Assembly (NCBI RefSeq): GCF_044704955.1
Contig: NC_091994.1
Span: 115,320,001 to 115,384,000 of the forward strand
Length of the DNA stretch: 64,000 nt
Reading direction: 5' to 3'
From: Pristiophorus japonicus
Lineage: Eukaryota
Shown here: positions 14,164 through 26,734 of the stretch, piece after piece
Numbering within the stretch: the stretch's first letter is position 1
Layout: every line of letters begins with the position of its first letter
Notes under the pieces: model-generated
The model's database searches: none
The model's input: only the letters and a program-made list of their open reading frames with translations
What the model was told of the DNA's origin: nothing
Program-made: the position numbers and the translations under genes

Positions 14164-15678
14164 GGATTGTGGAATGAGGGCTAAAGTAGACTGGGAACAC
14201 AGACTAAACGGTGGCACAATTGAGGAACAGTGGAGTACTTTTAAGGAGCTCTTTCATAGTGCTCAACAAAAATATATTCCAGTGAAAAAGAAGGGTGGTA
14301 AGAGAAGGGATAACCAGCCGTGGATAACCAAGGAATTAAAGGAGAGTATCAAATTAAAAACCAATGCGTATAAGGTGGCCAAGGTTAGTGGGAAATTAGA
14401 AGATTGGGAAAATTTTAAACGACAGCAAAAAATGAGTAAGAAAGCAATAAAGAAAGGAAAGATAGATTACGAAAGTAAATTTGCGCAAAACATAAAAACA
14501 GATAGTAAAAGCTTTTACCAATATATACAACGGAAAAGAGTGACTAAAGTAAATGTTGGTCCCTTAGAAGATGTGAAGGGGAATTTAATAATGGGAAATG
14601 TGGAAATGGCTGAGACCTTAAACAATTATTTTGCTTCAGTCTTCACAGTGGAAGACACAAAAACCATGCCAAAAATTACTGGTCACGGGAATGTGGGAAG
14701 GGAGGACCTTGAGACTATCACTAGGGGGGAAGTGCTGGACAAGCTAATGGGACTCAAGGTAGACAAGTCCCCTCGTCCTGATGAAATGCATCCCAGGGTA
14801 TTAAAAGAGATGGCAGAAGTTATAGCAGATGCATTTGTTATAATCTACCAAAATTCTCTGGACTCTGGGGAGGTACCAGCGGATTGGAAAGCAGCTAATG
14901 TAACGCCCCTGTTTTTAAAAAAAAAAAGGGGCAGACAAAAGGCAGGTAACTATAGACCACTTAGTTTAACATCTGTAGTGGAGAAAATGTTTGAAGCTAT
15001 CATTAAGGAAGAAATAGCGCGACATCTAGATAGGAATAGTGCAATCAAGCAGACGCAACATGGATTCATGAAGGGGAAATCATGTTTCACTAATTTACTG
15101 GAATTCTTTGAGGATTTAACGAGCATGGTGGATAGAGGTGTACCGATGGATGTGGTGTATTTAGATTTCCAAAAAGCATTCGATAAGGTGCCACACAAAA
15201 GGTTACTGCAGAAGATAAAGGTACGCGGAGTCAGAGGAAATGTATTAGCATGGATCGAGAATTGGCTGGCTAACAGAAAGCAGAGAGTCGGGATAAATAG
15301 GTCCTTTTCGGGTTGGAAATCGGTGGTTAGTGGTGTGCCACAGGGATCGGTGCTGGGACCACAACTGTTTACAATATACATAGATGATCTGGAAGAGGGG
15401 ACAGAGTGTAGTGTAACAAAATTTGCAGATGACACAAAGATTAGTAGGAAAGCGGGTTGTGCAGAGGACACAGAGAGGCTGCAAAGAGATTTCGATAGGT
15501 TAAGCGAATGGGCTAAGGTTTGGCAGATGGAATACAATGTCGGAAAGTGTGAAGTCATCCACCTTGGGGGGGGGGGGGGGGGGGAGGGAAGAGAAACAGT
15601 AATAGGGAATATTACTTGAATGGGGAGAAATTGCATCATGCTGTGATGCAGAGGGACCTGGGGGTCCTTGTGCATGAA
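14164..15678 (+). mobile_element. CR1 LINE (host copy), part 2: RT
   Basis: ORF 14174..15619, 481 aa, with all RT motifs. Confidence 0.95.
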
Positions 15679-17581
15679 ACTCTTTTTGGAGTTCACCTGC
15701 AAAACATAAAACATTAAACGGTGCCACCCGACCTGGGTGACACTCCAGACATTTACAAGACCCTTTTTCCCCCCCCCTTTTTTTTTTTTTTTTGTTTTTC
15801 TTTTTTTGGTTTTTTTTTGGGCACTAAAATCACAATTTTCCCCAGTGCCCCCTATAAAAGGGAAGGGGGACACTAAAAGCACCGGCAATTAAAACAAATT
15901 AAACTTAAAAACGTAAAATCAAATTAAAATTTGGTTGCCGGGCGTGATGATGCACTCCAGTCCCTCCGGTGCCCACCTCTCGCGGAAGGCCGCGAGCGTA
16001 CCGGTGGACACCGCGTGCTCCATCTCCAAGGACACCCTGGACCGGATGTAAGAGCGGAAGAGAGGCAGGCAGTCAGGTTGAACGACCCCCTCGACCGCCC
16101 GCTGCCTGGACCGGCTGATGGCACCCTTGGCCGTGCCCAGGAGCAGTCCTACGAGGAGGCCTTCGGACCTACCCGCTCCCCTCCGCACATGTGCCCAAAG
16201 ATCAGGAGAGTGGGACTGAAGTGCAGCCAGAATTTCAGGAGCAGCCCCTTCAAATAATGGAACAGGGGCTGCAACCTCGTGCACTCAATAAAAACATGGA
16301 ACACGGACTCCTCCAGACTGCAGAAATTGCAGGCGGCCTGGGAGTCCGTGAACCGGCTTAAAAATTTGTTGCACGGCACTGCTCCGTGCACCACCCTCCA
16401 GGCCAAGTCCCCGATGAATAGTGGGAGGACCCCTGCGTAGAGTGCCCTCCATCGGGGACCCCCGCCTCCTCCGGACGGCAAGATGGTACGCCATGGAGTG
16501 TCCGGACGGCCGGCGAGGATGGCAAAGTTGAGGGTGTGCAGGAGCAGCCCGTACAGGAAACCCCTCCGCGCGGAACTGAAAGGCACGGAGGGGATTTCCC
16601 CGAGGCGGCTCAAGTTGTGAGGCACCGGCCCCCGAGGGAGGTTCCGGGGTTTGGCGCCGATGAGGAATTCCGTCCGGACGGGGGTCAGTTCGGACGGGAT
16701 CTCCCCACGTGCTTGAGCCTCCTCGATGCACCTAACGGAGTCAGGGCCCAGAGCTGTTTTTAGCGACTCGATGGCATCGGCCGCGTGGCGGACGTTGGCA
16801 GAGTTTAGGCGCTGCGCCAGCGTGTCTGGCGCCATCCAGCCCGCTCCTCCGCCATCGAGCAGGTCCCTGACCCTGGTCACCTCACCAGCCACAGCCCTCT
16901 CTTCCGACCGCCACATAAAACCTCGGCCGTGGAGGTACGGATTCCCGAGCAGCGGTTCCTGCAGGACGGCCGCCGCTCCAGCCGGCGGAGAGCTGCGCTT
17001 GGTGGATACTTTGTTCCAGACCCTGATGAGTTCCCTGTAAAAGACAGGCAGCTCCCGGAGGGCGGTCCTGGCACCCACCAAGTTCACAAACAGGAGCTGC
17101 GTGTCATAATTGAGGTCGCGCTGCTGGCGGAAGAAATACCTCGCCAGAGCACACCACCTAGGAGGGGGCTCGACGTAAAGGTATCTCTGCAGGGTCTGAA
17201 GACGGAAAGTCGCGAGCTGGGTGCTGACGCACACCAACGACTGACCGCCCTCCTCAAGCGGGAGACTCAAGACCGCGGCAGAGACCCAGTGCTTCCTGTT
17301 GTTCCAGAAGAAGTCCACCAGCTTCTTCTGTATCTTGGCGACAAACGCAGGGGGAGGGGTCAAAGTGACCAGCCGGTACCACAGCATTGCGGCCACCAGC
17401 TGGTTTATGACTAGCGCTCGACCCCTGTAGGACAGCACTCGGAGCAGTCCTGTCCAGCGCCCTAGGCGAGCGGCGACCTTGGCCTCCAGCTCCTGCCAGT
17501 TCGCCGGCCAGGCTCCCTCGTCGGGGCTAAGGTAGACTCCCAGATAGAGGAGATGGGTCGTGCTCCAGGCAAAAGGCCTGA
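15679..17581 (-). mobile_element. Tx1-clade (L1 superfamily) LINE copy A, 5'-truncated
   Basis: YLGVYL, LSYRGRALVINQL, GGQSL, C-terminal CNFC...HVFIEC zinc knuckle; flanked by tccttgtgcatgaa direct repeats. Confidence 0.9.
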
Positions 17582-17595
17582 TCCTTGTGCATGAA

Positions 17596-18744
17596 ACTCT
17601 TTTGAGTTTACCTGCGAAAACATAAAACATGTATCCGTGCCACCCGACCTGGATGACACACACAAGACATTTACAAGGCCCTTTTTTTGTGGTTTTTTTT
17701 TTTTTGGGCACTAAAATCAAATTTTTCCTTATTCCAGTGCCCCCTATAAAAGGAGAGGGGGACACTAAAAGCACCGGCAATTAAAACAAATTAAACTTTA
17801 AAACGTAAAATCAAATTAAAATTTGGTTGCCGGGCGTGATGATGCACTCCAGTCCCTCCGGTGCCCACCTCTCGCGGAAGGCCGCGAGCGTACCGGTGGA
17901 CACCGCGTGCTCCATCTCCAAGGACACCCTGGACCGGATGTAAGAGCGGAAGAGAGGCAGGCAGTCAGGTTGAACGACCCCCTCGACCGCCCGCTGCCTG
18001 GACCGGCTGATGGCACCCTTGGCCGTGCCCAGGAGCAGTCCTACGAGGAGGCCTTCGGACCTACCCGCTCCCCTCCGCACATGTGCCCAAAGATCAGGAG
18101 AGTGGGACTGAAGTGCAGCCAGAATTTCAGGAGCAGCCCCTTCAAATAATAAAACAGGGGCTGCAACCTTGTGCATTCCATAAAAACATGGAACACGGAC
18201 TCTTCCAGACCGCAGAAATTGCAGGCGGCCTGGGAGTCCGTGAACCGGCTTAAAAATTTGTTGCACGGCACTGCTCCGTGCACCACCCTCCAGGCCAAGT
18301 CCCCGATGAATAGTGGGAGGACCCCTGCGTAGAGGGCCCTCCATCGGGGACCCCCGCCTCCTCCGGACGGCAAGATGGTACGCCATGGCGTGTCCGGACG
18401 GCCGGCGAGGATGGCAAAGTTGAGGGTGTGCAGAAGCAGCCCGTACAGGAAACCCCTCCGCGCGGAACTGAAAGGCACGGAGGGGATTTCCCTGAGGCGG
18501 CTCAAGTTGTGAGGCGCCGGCCCCCGAGGGAGGTTCCGGGGTTTGGCGCCGATGAGGAATTCCGTCCGGACGGGGGTCAGTTCGGACGGGATCTCCCCAC
18601 GTGCCTGAGCCTCCTCGATGCACCTAACGGAGTCACGGCCCAGAGCTGTTTTTAGCGACTCGATGGCATCGGCCGCGTGGCGGACGTTGGCAGAATTTAG
18701 GCGCCGCGCCAGCGTGTCTGGCGCCATCCAGCCCGCTCCTCCGC
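17596..18744 (-). mobile_element. Tx1-clade LINE copy B, shorter 5' truncation, in tandem with copy A
   Basis: Nearly identical to the 3' part of copy A; same flanking 14-bp repeat. Confidence 0.9.
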
Positions 18745-19450
18745 TCCTTGTGCATGAATCCCAAAAAAAAAAGTTAGTTTGCAGGTGCAGCAGGTAATCA
18801 GGAAGGCGAATGGAATGTTGGCCTTCATTGCGAGAGGGATGGAGTACAAAAGCAGGGAGGTTCTGCTGCAACTGTACAGGGTATTGGTGAGGCCGCACCT
18901 GGAGTACTGCGTGCAGTTTTGGTCACCTTACTTAAGGAAGGATATACAACTTTGGAGGGGGTACAGAGACAATTCACTAGGTTGATTCTGGAGATGAGGG
19001 GGTTACCTTATGATGATAGATTGAGTAGACTGGGTCTTTACTCGTTGGAGTTCAGAAGGATGAGGGGTGATCTTATAGAAACATTTAAAATAATGAAGGT
19101 GATCGACAAGATAGAGGCAGAGAGGTTGTTTCCACTGGTTGGGGAGGCTAGAACTCGGGGGCACAGCCTCAAAATACGGGGGAGCCAATTTAAAACCGAG
19201 TTGAGAAGGAATTTCTTCTCCCAGAGGGTTGTGAATCTGTGGAATTCTCTGCCCAAGGAAGCAGTTGAGGCTAGCTCATTGAATGTATTCAAATCACAGA
19301 GAGAGAGATTTTTAACCATTAAGGGTTACGGGGAGCGGGCGGGTAAGTGGAGCTGAGTCCACGGCCAGATCAGCCATGATCTTGTTGAATGGCGGAGCAG
19401 GCTCGAGCGGCTAGATGGCCTACTCCTATTCCTAATTCTTATGTTCTTAT
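18745..19450 (+). mobile_element. CR1 LINE (host copy), part 3: ORF2 C-terminus and TTCTTATG tail
   Basis: Resumes VHES..QVQQVIRKANG, RPHLEYC; tail ttcttatgttcttatg. Confidence 0.93.
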
Positions 19451-19815
19451 GACACCCCAGTGCAGTACTGAGGGAGCACTGCACTATCGGAGGTGCCGTC
19501 TTTTGGATGAGATGTTAAACTGAGGCCCTGTCTGTGTTCTCAAGTGGACGTAAAAGATCCCATGGCAGTATTTCGAAGAGGAGCAGGGGAGGTATCCCTG
19601 GTGTCCTGGCCAATATTTATCCTTCAACCAAAGTAACAAAAAAACAGATTATCTGGCAATTATCACATTGCTGTTTATGGGAGCTTGCTGTGAGCAATTT
19701 AGCTGCTGCGTTTCCTACATTACAACAGTAACTACTCTCTAAGTACTTCCATCAGCTGTAAAGTGCTTTGAGATGTCCGGTGGTCGTGAAAGGCACGATA
19801 GAAATGCAAGTCTTT
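19451..19815 (+). mobile_element. Deu-domain SINE body and 3' tail
   Basis: gtcctggccaatatttatcc, ttgctgtttatgggagcttgctgtg, gtgaaaggcacgatagaaatgcaagtc; related copies at about 28750-28950(-), 36760-36990(+), 44360-44580(-), 50850-51090(+). Confidence 0.8.
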
Positions 19816-21450
19816 TGCAAACCATATATGTCTTATTCACCCATGAAACTTTTTTCCTCCACCTCCATAATATCGCCCATCTTTATCCTTGCATCACTTT
19901 ACTGCCACTGAAATCTTTATTGATGCTTTTGTTACCTTTAAGCTTAACTTCAACACCTGAACTGCACTTTATACAAATCTGCCTGCATGCTATTCTGCAC
20001 CACATTCCATTTGTCTGTCACTCCTATTGTTGATGATCTCCTTTGTTGCCCTGCTGTACCTCTGCAACCTCATCCAGCTGTGCTCTTCCATCCTGCAGCT
20101 CCCTCCATTCTACCCTCGGTGACCGAGCATTCCATCTGTCTCAGCCACACTACTGGATCACTCTCGTTAAACACTCTGTCTTGTTTCCCTGCCTTTAAAA
20201 GTCGTCTTTAAAATCTTTCTCTAGACCATGCTTTCGGTCGGCTCTCCTAATTTTTCTGTTACTGCTCAGCATCTGCTTCTCCCTGACGAAAGAATATTCA
20301 GATCTGTTCACTGATTTTCTAAAAATTATTTTAATACATTATACATATATAATACAGACTTGTGCATGCTCACCCTCACCTCCTCAGCTTGTTCAATATT
20401 TGAGACAATGCCCCTTAAAGGAGTAACAAATTAATTTTTCTTCTGAGCTCTACTGGTGGCATTGCTTTTTTTCTTCCCTTGGGCTGCATTGTGGCGCCAC
20501 AGGTTTTCATTCTGTACCTCGTTCAAGTGGCTGTTAATTTATGTGTGAGCCTTGACCCCGGCTACCAGCAGGCGACCCAGCCGTGGAGATTATCACAGCC
20601 AGGTCCAATCCTGTTCTCGCTGTACTTGTCTGCACATGTCTACTTCCAATGGAGGTGGCTCTAAAGCCAGCAGGAGTTGGAACCTTTGGCTGATTCTCCC
20701 TCTTAACCAGATTCTCCCTCCGCAGCCTAAATTGTAAGGACTTTACCATGGTTCTGGCTGAGGTTGGCGACTCAAAGCAGGAGATCAAAATTACAATTTC
20801 ATGGTCTGAATGGCTGAGAGTTGCGACTACTCTCTGAACTGCCTGGAGAGCACATGGAAATATGTTGAATGAGAACTTGCACTGATTCAGATTGGGCTTA
20901 GCCAATGCTGGCCAAAAATGCATGATTTTTCTCAGTTAATTCAGCAATATCCGATCCACACAACCCAATGTGTATTCTGGACTGTGTTGTACTGTGTGAC
21001 CTAGTCATTTTGTGTTAATACAAAGAATCGTATCGTATCTACTGAACTATTTTTTTTTGTGGAACTTCCAGATATTTGATTTCCCCCCCCCCCCCCGCCA
21101 ATCACTTGTATAGCAGATACTGCCCGGTGTTGTTAACCAATGATGGTCATTATTGTAAACCTGGCAATGTGAATGTTAATATAATATTGGCAACATTAAC
21201 AAGGAGCAAAGATTCACACTCTGCAATTTTACTGAATTTGCTCTTAAGAATGTGTAAGAATTTATAAAAGACTTTGTACCTATTTTATGATATCTCAACC
21301 TGTAAGTCCCCATCAATAAGTGTATGGCAAAAGAGAAAGTATTGGGAAACGTCTAATGCAAATAGGAAATAATTCTCGTTGAATTGTGAAAGCTGCTGGT
21401 GTTCTGTTGTAATGTTGATCAGTGTATCTTTCCTTTCTGTGTTCTTTCAG

Positions 21451-21599
21451 TTCCAACTGCTGCTGTCTCTGCAACAGAGACTTCTGTTTCAAATGGTGTC
21501 TATGTTCCTCAAGGGATTGCCAATGGGGATGTCAAGCCTGTTATATCAACAACACCACTGGCAGACTTCCTTATGCAGTTAGAAGATTATACACCAACT
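21451..21599 (+). CDS. TAF10: TAF10 coding exon 2
   Basis: polypyrimidine-CAG acceptor, GTAAGT donor; encodes SNGVYVPQGIANGDVKPVISTTPLADFLMQLEDYTPT. Confidence 0.97.
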
Positions 21600-22904
21600 G
21601 TAAGTTTTTGTATTTTAATAATTCAAGCTCATATTGGAAACAATGTAAGTGCACAGTTAGAACTGGCTTTCCACATTTTCCATTCGCTTATCAATTAGCC
21701 AAGTAAACAAATTGCGTATAAATTATAATTAGCTGCAGTATAACAAAGTTACTGGTATGGCATTTGAACAGACAACGATTTCAACAGTTCCAATTCCCTG
21801 TAGAGCTTTGTAGTGCTGGAGATTTGCTCAGACTGAAGTTGATTTTAGGTTGTAGGGAGTGGGAGGCCAAGAGAACTTGGAATTCCGATCAATATTGATT
21901 TTCTGCAGATGGGACACGATGTTTAGAAATCCTTCATTCGAACATTTTTGAATCGAATAGATGGACATTAACTTGACATTTTCTGAATGTATAACCAGGA
22001 GTCCCGTTCAAGAAACTGAAACCATGGCAAAGGTATTTGGTGTTGCCTCAATAACTGTGAATTACAAAATAATCCTCCACTTTTTGTTGTTCAGAAAATT
22101 TACATGTGCAATATGCATATTCTGATCTATCATTCAAACTCCTTTTAGAGTACAAAAGTGCATCCATGTGTACAGCAAGCTTAAAATTAATTTTACTTGA
22201 TTAAAGTTTTTTGAGAGCACTTCATTCCAGTATAATGAACTGAACACAGTAAACTGGTGAAGCGTACAGTATCTGCATTCATATCAATTACAGAATTGTT
22301 TTTTGAGAATTAACAATTGTCTCTTCTCAAACCAACAACGTGAGTTTTGGTAAAGCTGTTTACAGTCTTGAGGGTCTGAGGAATTTTAGGTTTAGTTTTA
22401 CTTTATTTTCTGTGACTGTGGCATATGCCAGCACAAAGAAACTTTACATCAAAATCAGCTATACTCTAAAAGCTGGGCTGTATCATTCCATGCGTCTTTC
22501 CTTCAATGTTTCTCTGACACACAGGAGCTCTAACTGAGATTATTTAGAAAATGAATTGTTCAAAATCTAAGTACTTGGAACTCGCATAATTACAAAAGCT
22601 CTTTGCAAAGCATACTGCCTGTTTAGAACCTGGCATGAACTGTATTTAATATTGTCATTTAAGGAAATGGTCCCACAAACATGTAAGAATATTTGATAAA
22701 TGAGCAGTTATAATGGCCGCATGGAATCTCAGTATTGATTGGCTCTCGAGTAGGCTGTACTGCATTGTGGGATTTTCACAAGACGAGGTGGTGATAAAAG
22801 TATTGTTTAAATGCCAATGTATTCTGCCTTAAAGTGGTATGATATGTATACATAATTTTAAATGTAGCATTGCATTCTTATCTCTTGTTATTTGAACATT
22901 TCAG

Positions 22905-22969
22905 ATACCAGATGCTGTGACAGGATATTATCTGAATCGAGCAGGGTTTGAGGCTTCTGATCCTCGAAT
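22905..22969 (+). CDS. TAF10: TAF10 coding exon 3
   Basis: [24 protein letters not shown]/GT boundaries; phase 0 to 2. Confidence 0.98.
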
Positions 22970-23622
22970 GTACGTTAATGTTTTGACTTGCATAACTACC
23001 CATTCTAGTATAGATCAGCCATGATCTCATTGAATGGTGGAGTCGGCTCGAGGGGCCGAATGACCTGCTCCAAATTCTTCTTGTGCAATAACGTCAATTC
23101 CCAGCTTCTCTTCCAAGGTTTCTGCTTTGAGAAATATTTAATTTTTAAAGCATTTTATAATATATATGCAAAATGTTCCAAATAGCATGTTTCATGTCAT
23201 GTTTATGATAAAATTCTGAAATTCTGTACTGTTGGTCCCTGCAGTGAATCAAGCCTGCATGTATTCGGGAGTCTTTCCTCCTCCTTTAGTAAGCCTCTTT
23301 GCGAATGGACATTCAGAGTAGGAGAGGTTTATAAATGGATGGCGGTTATAATTGCTCGAATTTGTAGATTGAATGACTTCTCTGAAGAATTTGATTCCCC
23401 AGCGGAGCCTCCAGGAATGTTTTTAAAAAAAAAAAAAAAAAAAAATTTCTACTCGACAGGAATGAAAGAATTCCACAGAGGATGCTGTCTGTGTAATTTA
23501 ATTTATAAAACCTTCAATAATCTTTGAAGAAATAACATTTGTGTACTGTGAAATAAAACTGGATGTATCGCACTTAATGACCATTAAATCTGACATTTGA
23601 CCTAATTGTGTTTTCTAAACAG

Positions 23623-23737
23623 AATTCGTTTGATATCTTTGGCTGCACAAAAGTTCATCTCGGATATTGCAAACGATGCCTTGCAGCACTGTAAAATGAA
23701 AGGAACAGCATCAGGAAGCTCCAGAAACAAGAGCAAG
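23623..23737 (+). CDS. TAF10: TAF10 coding exon 4 (histone fold)
   Basis: IRLISLAAQKFISDIANDALQHCKMKGTASGSSRNKSK; AG/GT boundaries. Confidence 0.98.
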
Positions 23738-24034
23738 GTTTGTTCACATTGAACAGAGCAATGGTGCTGTGCTTCGAGCAATGCAAAGCACCTGTATAAA
23801 AGTTTTACTCACCAAAACCATGTTGCAAGAACAGAAAGTTTACTCTGAAGTGCACTGTGTAAAGTTGTAAAACTGCAGCCTTTGTAATTTAATTTATAAA
23901 ATTATTCTTTCTCAACCATGAGATTTATAAAAAAAAAAAAATCCGATCTAAGCTTGTATTTGTCACTATTTACTGTGCTATTCATTTGTTAGAATATTTT
24001 TGGCCGCACAAACTCGTTTTCATATTTCATTGTT

Positions 24035-24330
24035 CTCTAATTCTGCCCTCTTGAGCATCCCTGATTATAATCGCTCAACCATCGGCAGCTGTGCCTTCTG
24101 TTGCCTGGGCCCCAAGCTCTGGAATTCCCTCCCTAAACCTCTCCGCCTCTCTACCTCTCCTCCTTTAAGACGTTCCTTAAAACCTACTTCTTTGACCAAT
24201 CTTTTGGTCCTCTGCCGTAATTTCTTCTTGTGTGGCTCCATGTCAATTTTTTTTCTGCTCGTATAACACTCCTGTGAAGTGCCTTGGGATATTTTACTAA
24301 GTTAAAGGCTCTATATAAATACAAGTTATT
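24035..24330 (+). mobile_element. L2-type LINE/SINE 3' tail
   Basis: GP.LWNSLP motif, ccttaaaacctac and gtgaagtgccttggga...ctatataaat tail. Confidence 0.6.
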
Positions 24331-25416
24331 GTTCATAGACCAACAGCCCAAGGGAACTCCAGACTTTTTAAAACAAAGTTTTCAGCGTGCATACTAAACA
24401 CAAATCAAACTAATTTTACAATGAAAAAGCTTTGCAAATGTCAGGAATTGTAGTATTATGTTGAAATTACAATTACTTGGGCCAGTCTCGTAGAAAATTA
24501 TGCAGAAATTGCAACATGGAAACTGATCATTTTCAGCCCAACCAATCCGTGGTGGTCTTGATCCGCCACTCAAGCAGTGTCCTAATCCCATGTGCTGCCC
24601 TGTTGCCCTATACCTTTATCCCCATTCCTACAACCACCTATCGAATCTATTCTTAAATGTTGACATGGTCTCTGCTTCAGTCACTAACTCAGTACATTCC
24701 ACATCCGTGCAACCCTCTGTGTTTATAAAAAAAAATGCTTTCTCTTGCTTTCTGTCCTAAATCTCTCGTGTATATCTCCATCATTCTAGATCCCTCAATC
24801 TGGAAACAGTCTATTTCTATCTACCCGGTCACTCACTTCAAAATTTTAAACACCTGTATCAAATCATCCCTTAATCTCTTCTCTTTTAATGAAATCAGCC
24901 CCAATTTTTCAAGCTATTCATATTTGTACTGCCTCATACCAGGCAGCATCCTAGTGGATCTACACTGCACTCTTTACGGTGTCTCAGCTCCGTCCTGTAA
25001 CATTCCATTAGCTTTTTATTAATTGCCTTGGGCACTTGAGGTGCTGTTTTGAGGATCTGCATCCCTGAATCCATCCACTCAACTTTCCCCCATTCCCAGC
25101 ATATTTACCAAAATATACCACTTCACAATTATATTACAGTGGCATTGGATTCCTTTAGCCACTATTTTTGCCCATTCCACCATCTTTTCAATATCCCCAT
25201 GAAATTTACTTTGGTCCCCAGAATGATTTACTGTGTCTCCTATTTTAGTATTGTCTGGTGTTAATGGAGCAGGTGGGGGAGAAATAATCTCAAAAAAAAT
25301 AAAGACGTTTAATTTGAAGGTAGTTCAAGTTGAATTCTGCGAACCATGTCTTATGAGCTGCTGCTATTCTCGTTTTCTAAATCATTGGTTAAATAGCTGT
25401 ATTTTGTCATTTTTAG

Positions 25417-25506
25417 GACAAGAAGTACACCCTCACCATGGAGGATTTAATTCCTGCTCTCACTGAATATGGTATCAATGTGAAGAAACCTCATTACTTT
25501 ACATAA
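25417..25506 (+). CDS. TAF10: TAF10 coding exon 5 (stop)
   Basis: DKKYTLTMEDLIPALTEYGINVKKPHYFT*; spliced CDS totals 486 nt = 161 aa + stop. Confidence 0.98.
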   Translation, partial: DKKYTLTMEDLIPALTEYGINVKKPHYFT

Positions 25507-25611
25507 AGATCTGGAAGCATCTTCATCAGCAAACTGTGACTACTGATTGACATCCAGTGAGTGCTGTACAGTGTTGGCTCTGAATGCCTTTTGGAAAATA
25601 TGAAGGTGGAA

Positions 25612-26734
25612 AATAAATATGCCACAAGTTGAGAAGTTGCCCAGTTTGACAAGTTCCAAAGTGGCTTTGAATCTACAACCAACATTTGTTCATCTTTTGG
25701 AGGGCAGCATTATTTTTCACCTGATTCTTGCATTTCCTTTTGAATTGTTAGTTGTGATGATAGAAAGGGTTGAAATAATTTGAGTCTGTATACAATGAGT
25801 TTTGAAGGTATTGTTTTCCTTTTTTGTAAACCGAGTCAGGGTCGGTTTAAAATAGAACCTAAATTAAAACCCAATGGAATTTACTGGCCTTTAGGAAATG
25901 TTCTGTATAAAAGCAGCAAGCTAGTTTTATCAACCAGTGAGAGGATAGCCATATTATTTCCAGGTATAGTTGTATGTTTTTCATATGATGCTTTTCAAAC
26001 GTGTTCACTTGTAAATCTGTCCATGTAAAAAATAGTTTTGTGTCGTCAATATTGTTTTCTTTTTGAGGGGAAAGGAGAGCACAAGAACCTCCTCTGTATA
26101 TTTAAAAAAAAATTCAAAGCCACTCTGCTTTTCTCCAGCAACATCAGGTAGTTCCGCTCATTTACTCCGTAAAGTAGAAGGAAAAAAAGTTAGCCATACG
26201 AGAAGAAAAATATAATTTTTTTTTAAGTATACCATTTAAATTTGAAACTGCAGTTACAGATATATTGATCAGAACAGTGGTGGAGGTGTGAAACTGTTCT
26301 AATAGTTCATTTCTGGTTCTCTAAAACAAGTCCAACAAAATAATTACCATCTCTTTAAAACTGGGAACCTTTTAACAGAATATGTTGATTTAAGCTTTTT
26401 CTAAATTGATCTCTTTTTTTAAACTTAAAATTGAATTATATTGTTTGCTTAAATGTTTTTAAAAAGTTCAAGTAACCATTTGATCGTTAACTGCCTTAGA
26501 CTCCATCTCTCTTTTACCATAGAAGTTCTAAAGGATGTGAGCTTTAGAGAACCTCTGTGTTCGGTTTAATGAGTGAGTGGTTTTGTTCCTTTTTGGAGTA
26601 AGGGCTTATTACACTTAGATTGTCAGTCACATGAGAAATGCAAAACTGCAGTAGTTTCATACCTTTTTTTTAATTTGCAATCTTGCACAAAGAAAGATTC
26701 CTCCATTCTATAAATGTCCATTTCTTACAATAAA
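25612..26734 (+). promoter_or_regulatory. Candidate TAF10 polyadenylation signals
   Basis: AATAAA at 25612-25617 and 26729-26734, the latter followed by a T/GT-rich element. Confidence 0.45.

Noticed and set aside
14950-18898. ORFs starting MPVLLVSP... or MRPHQYP... as novel proteins
   Set aside because: Chimeric read-through across Tx1/CR1 junctions.
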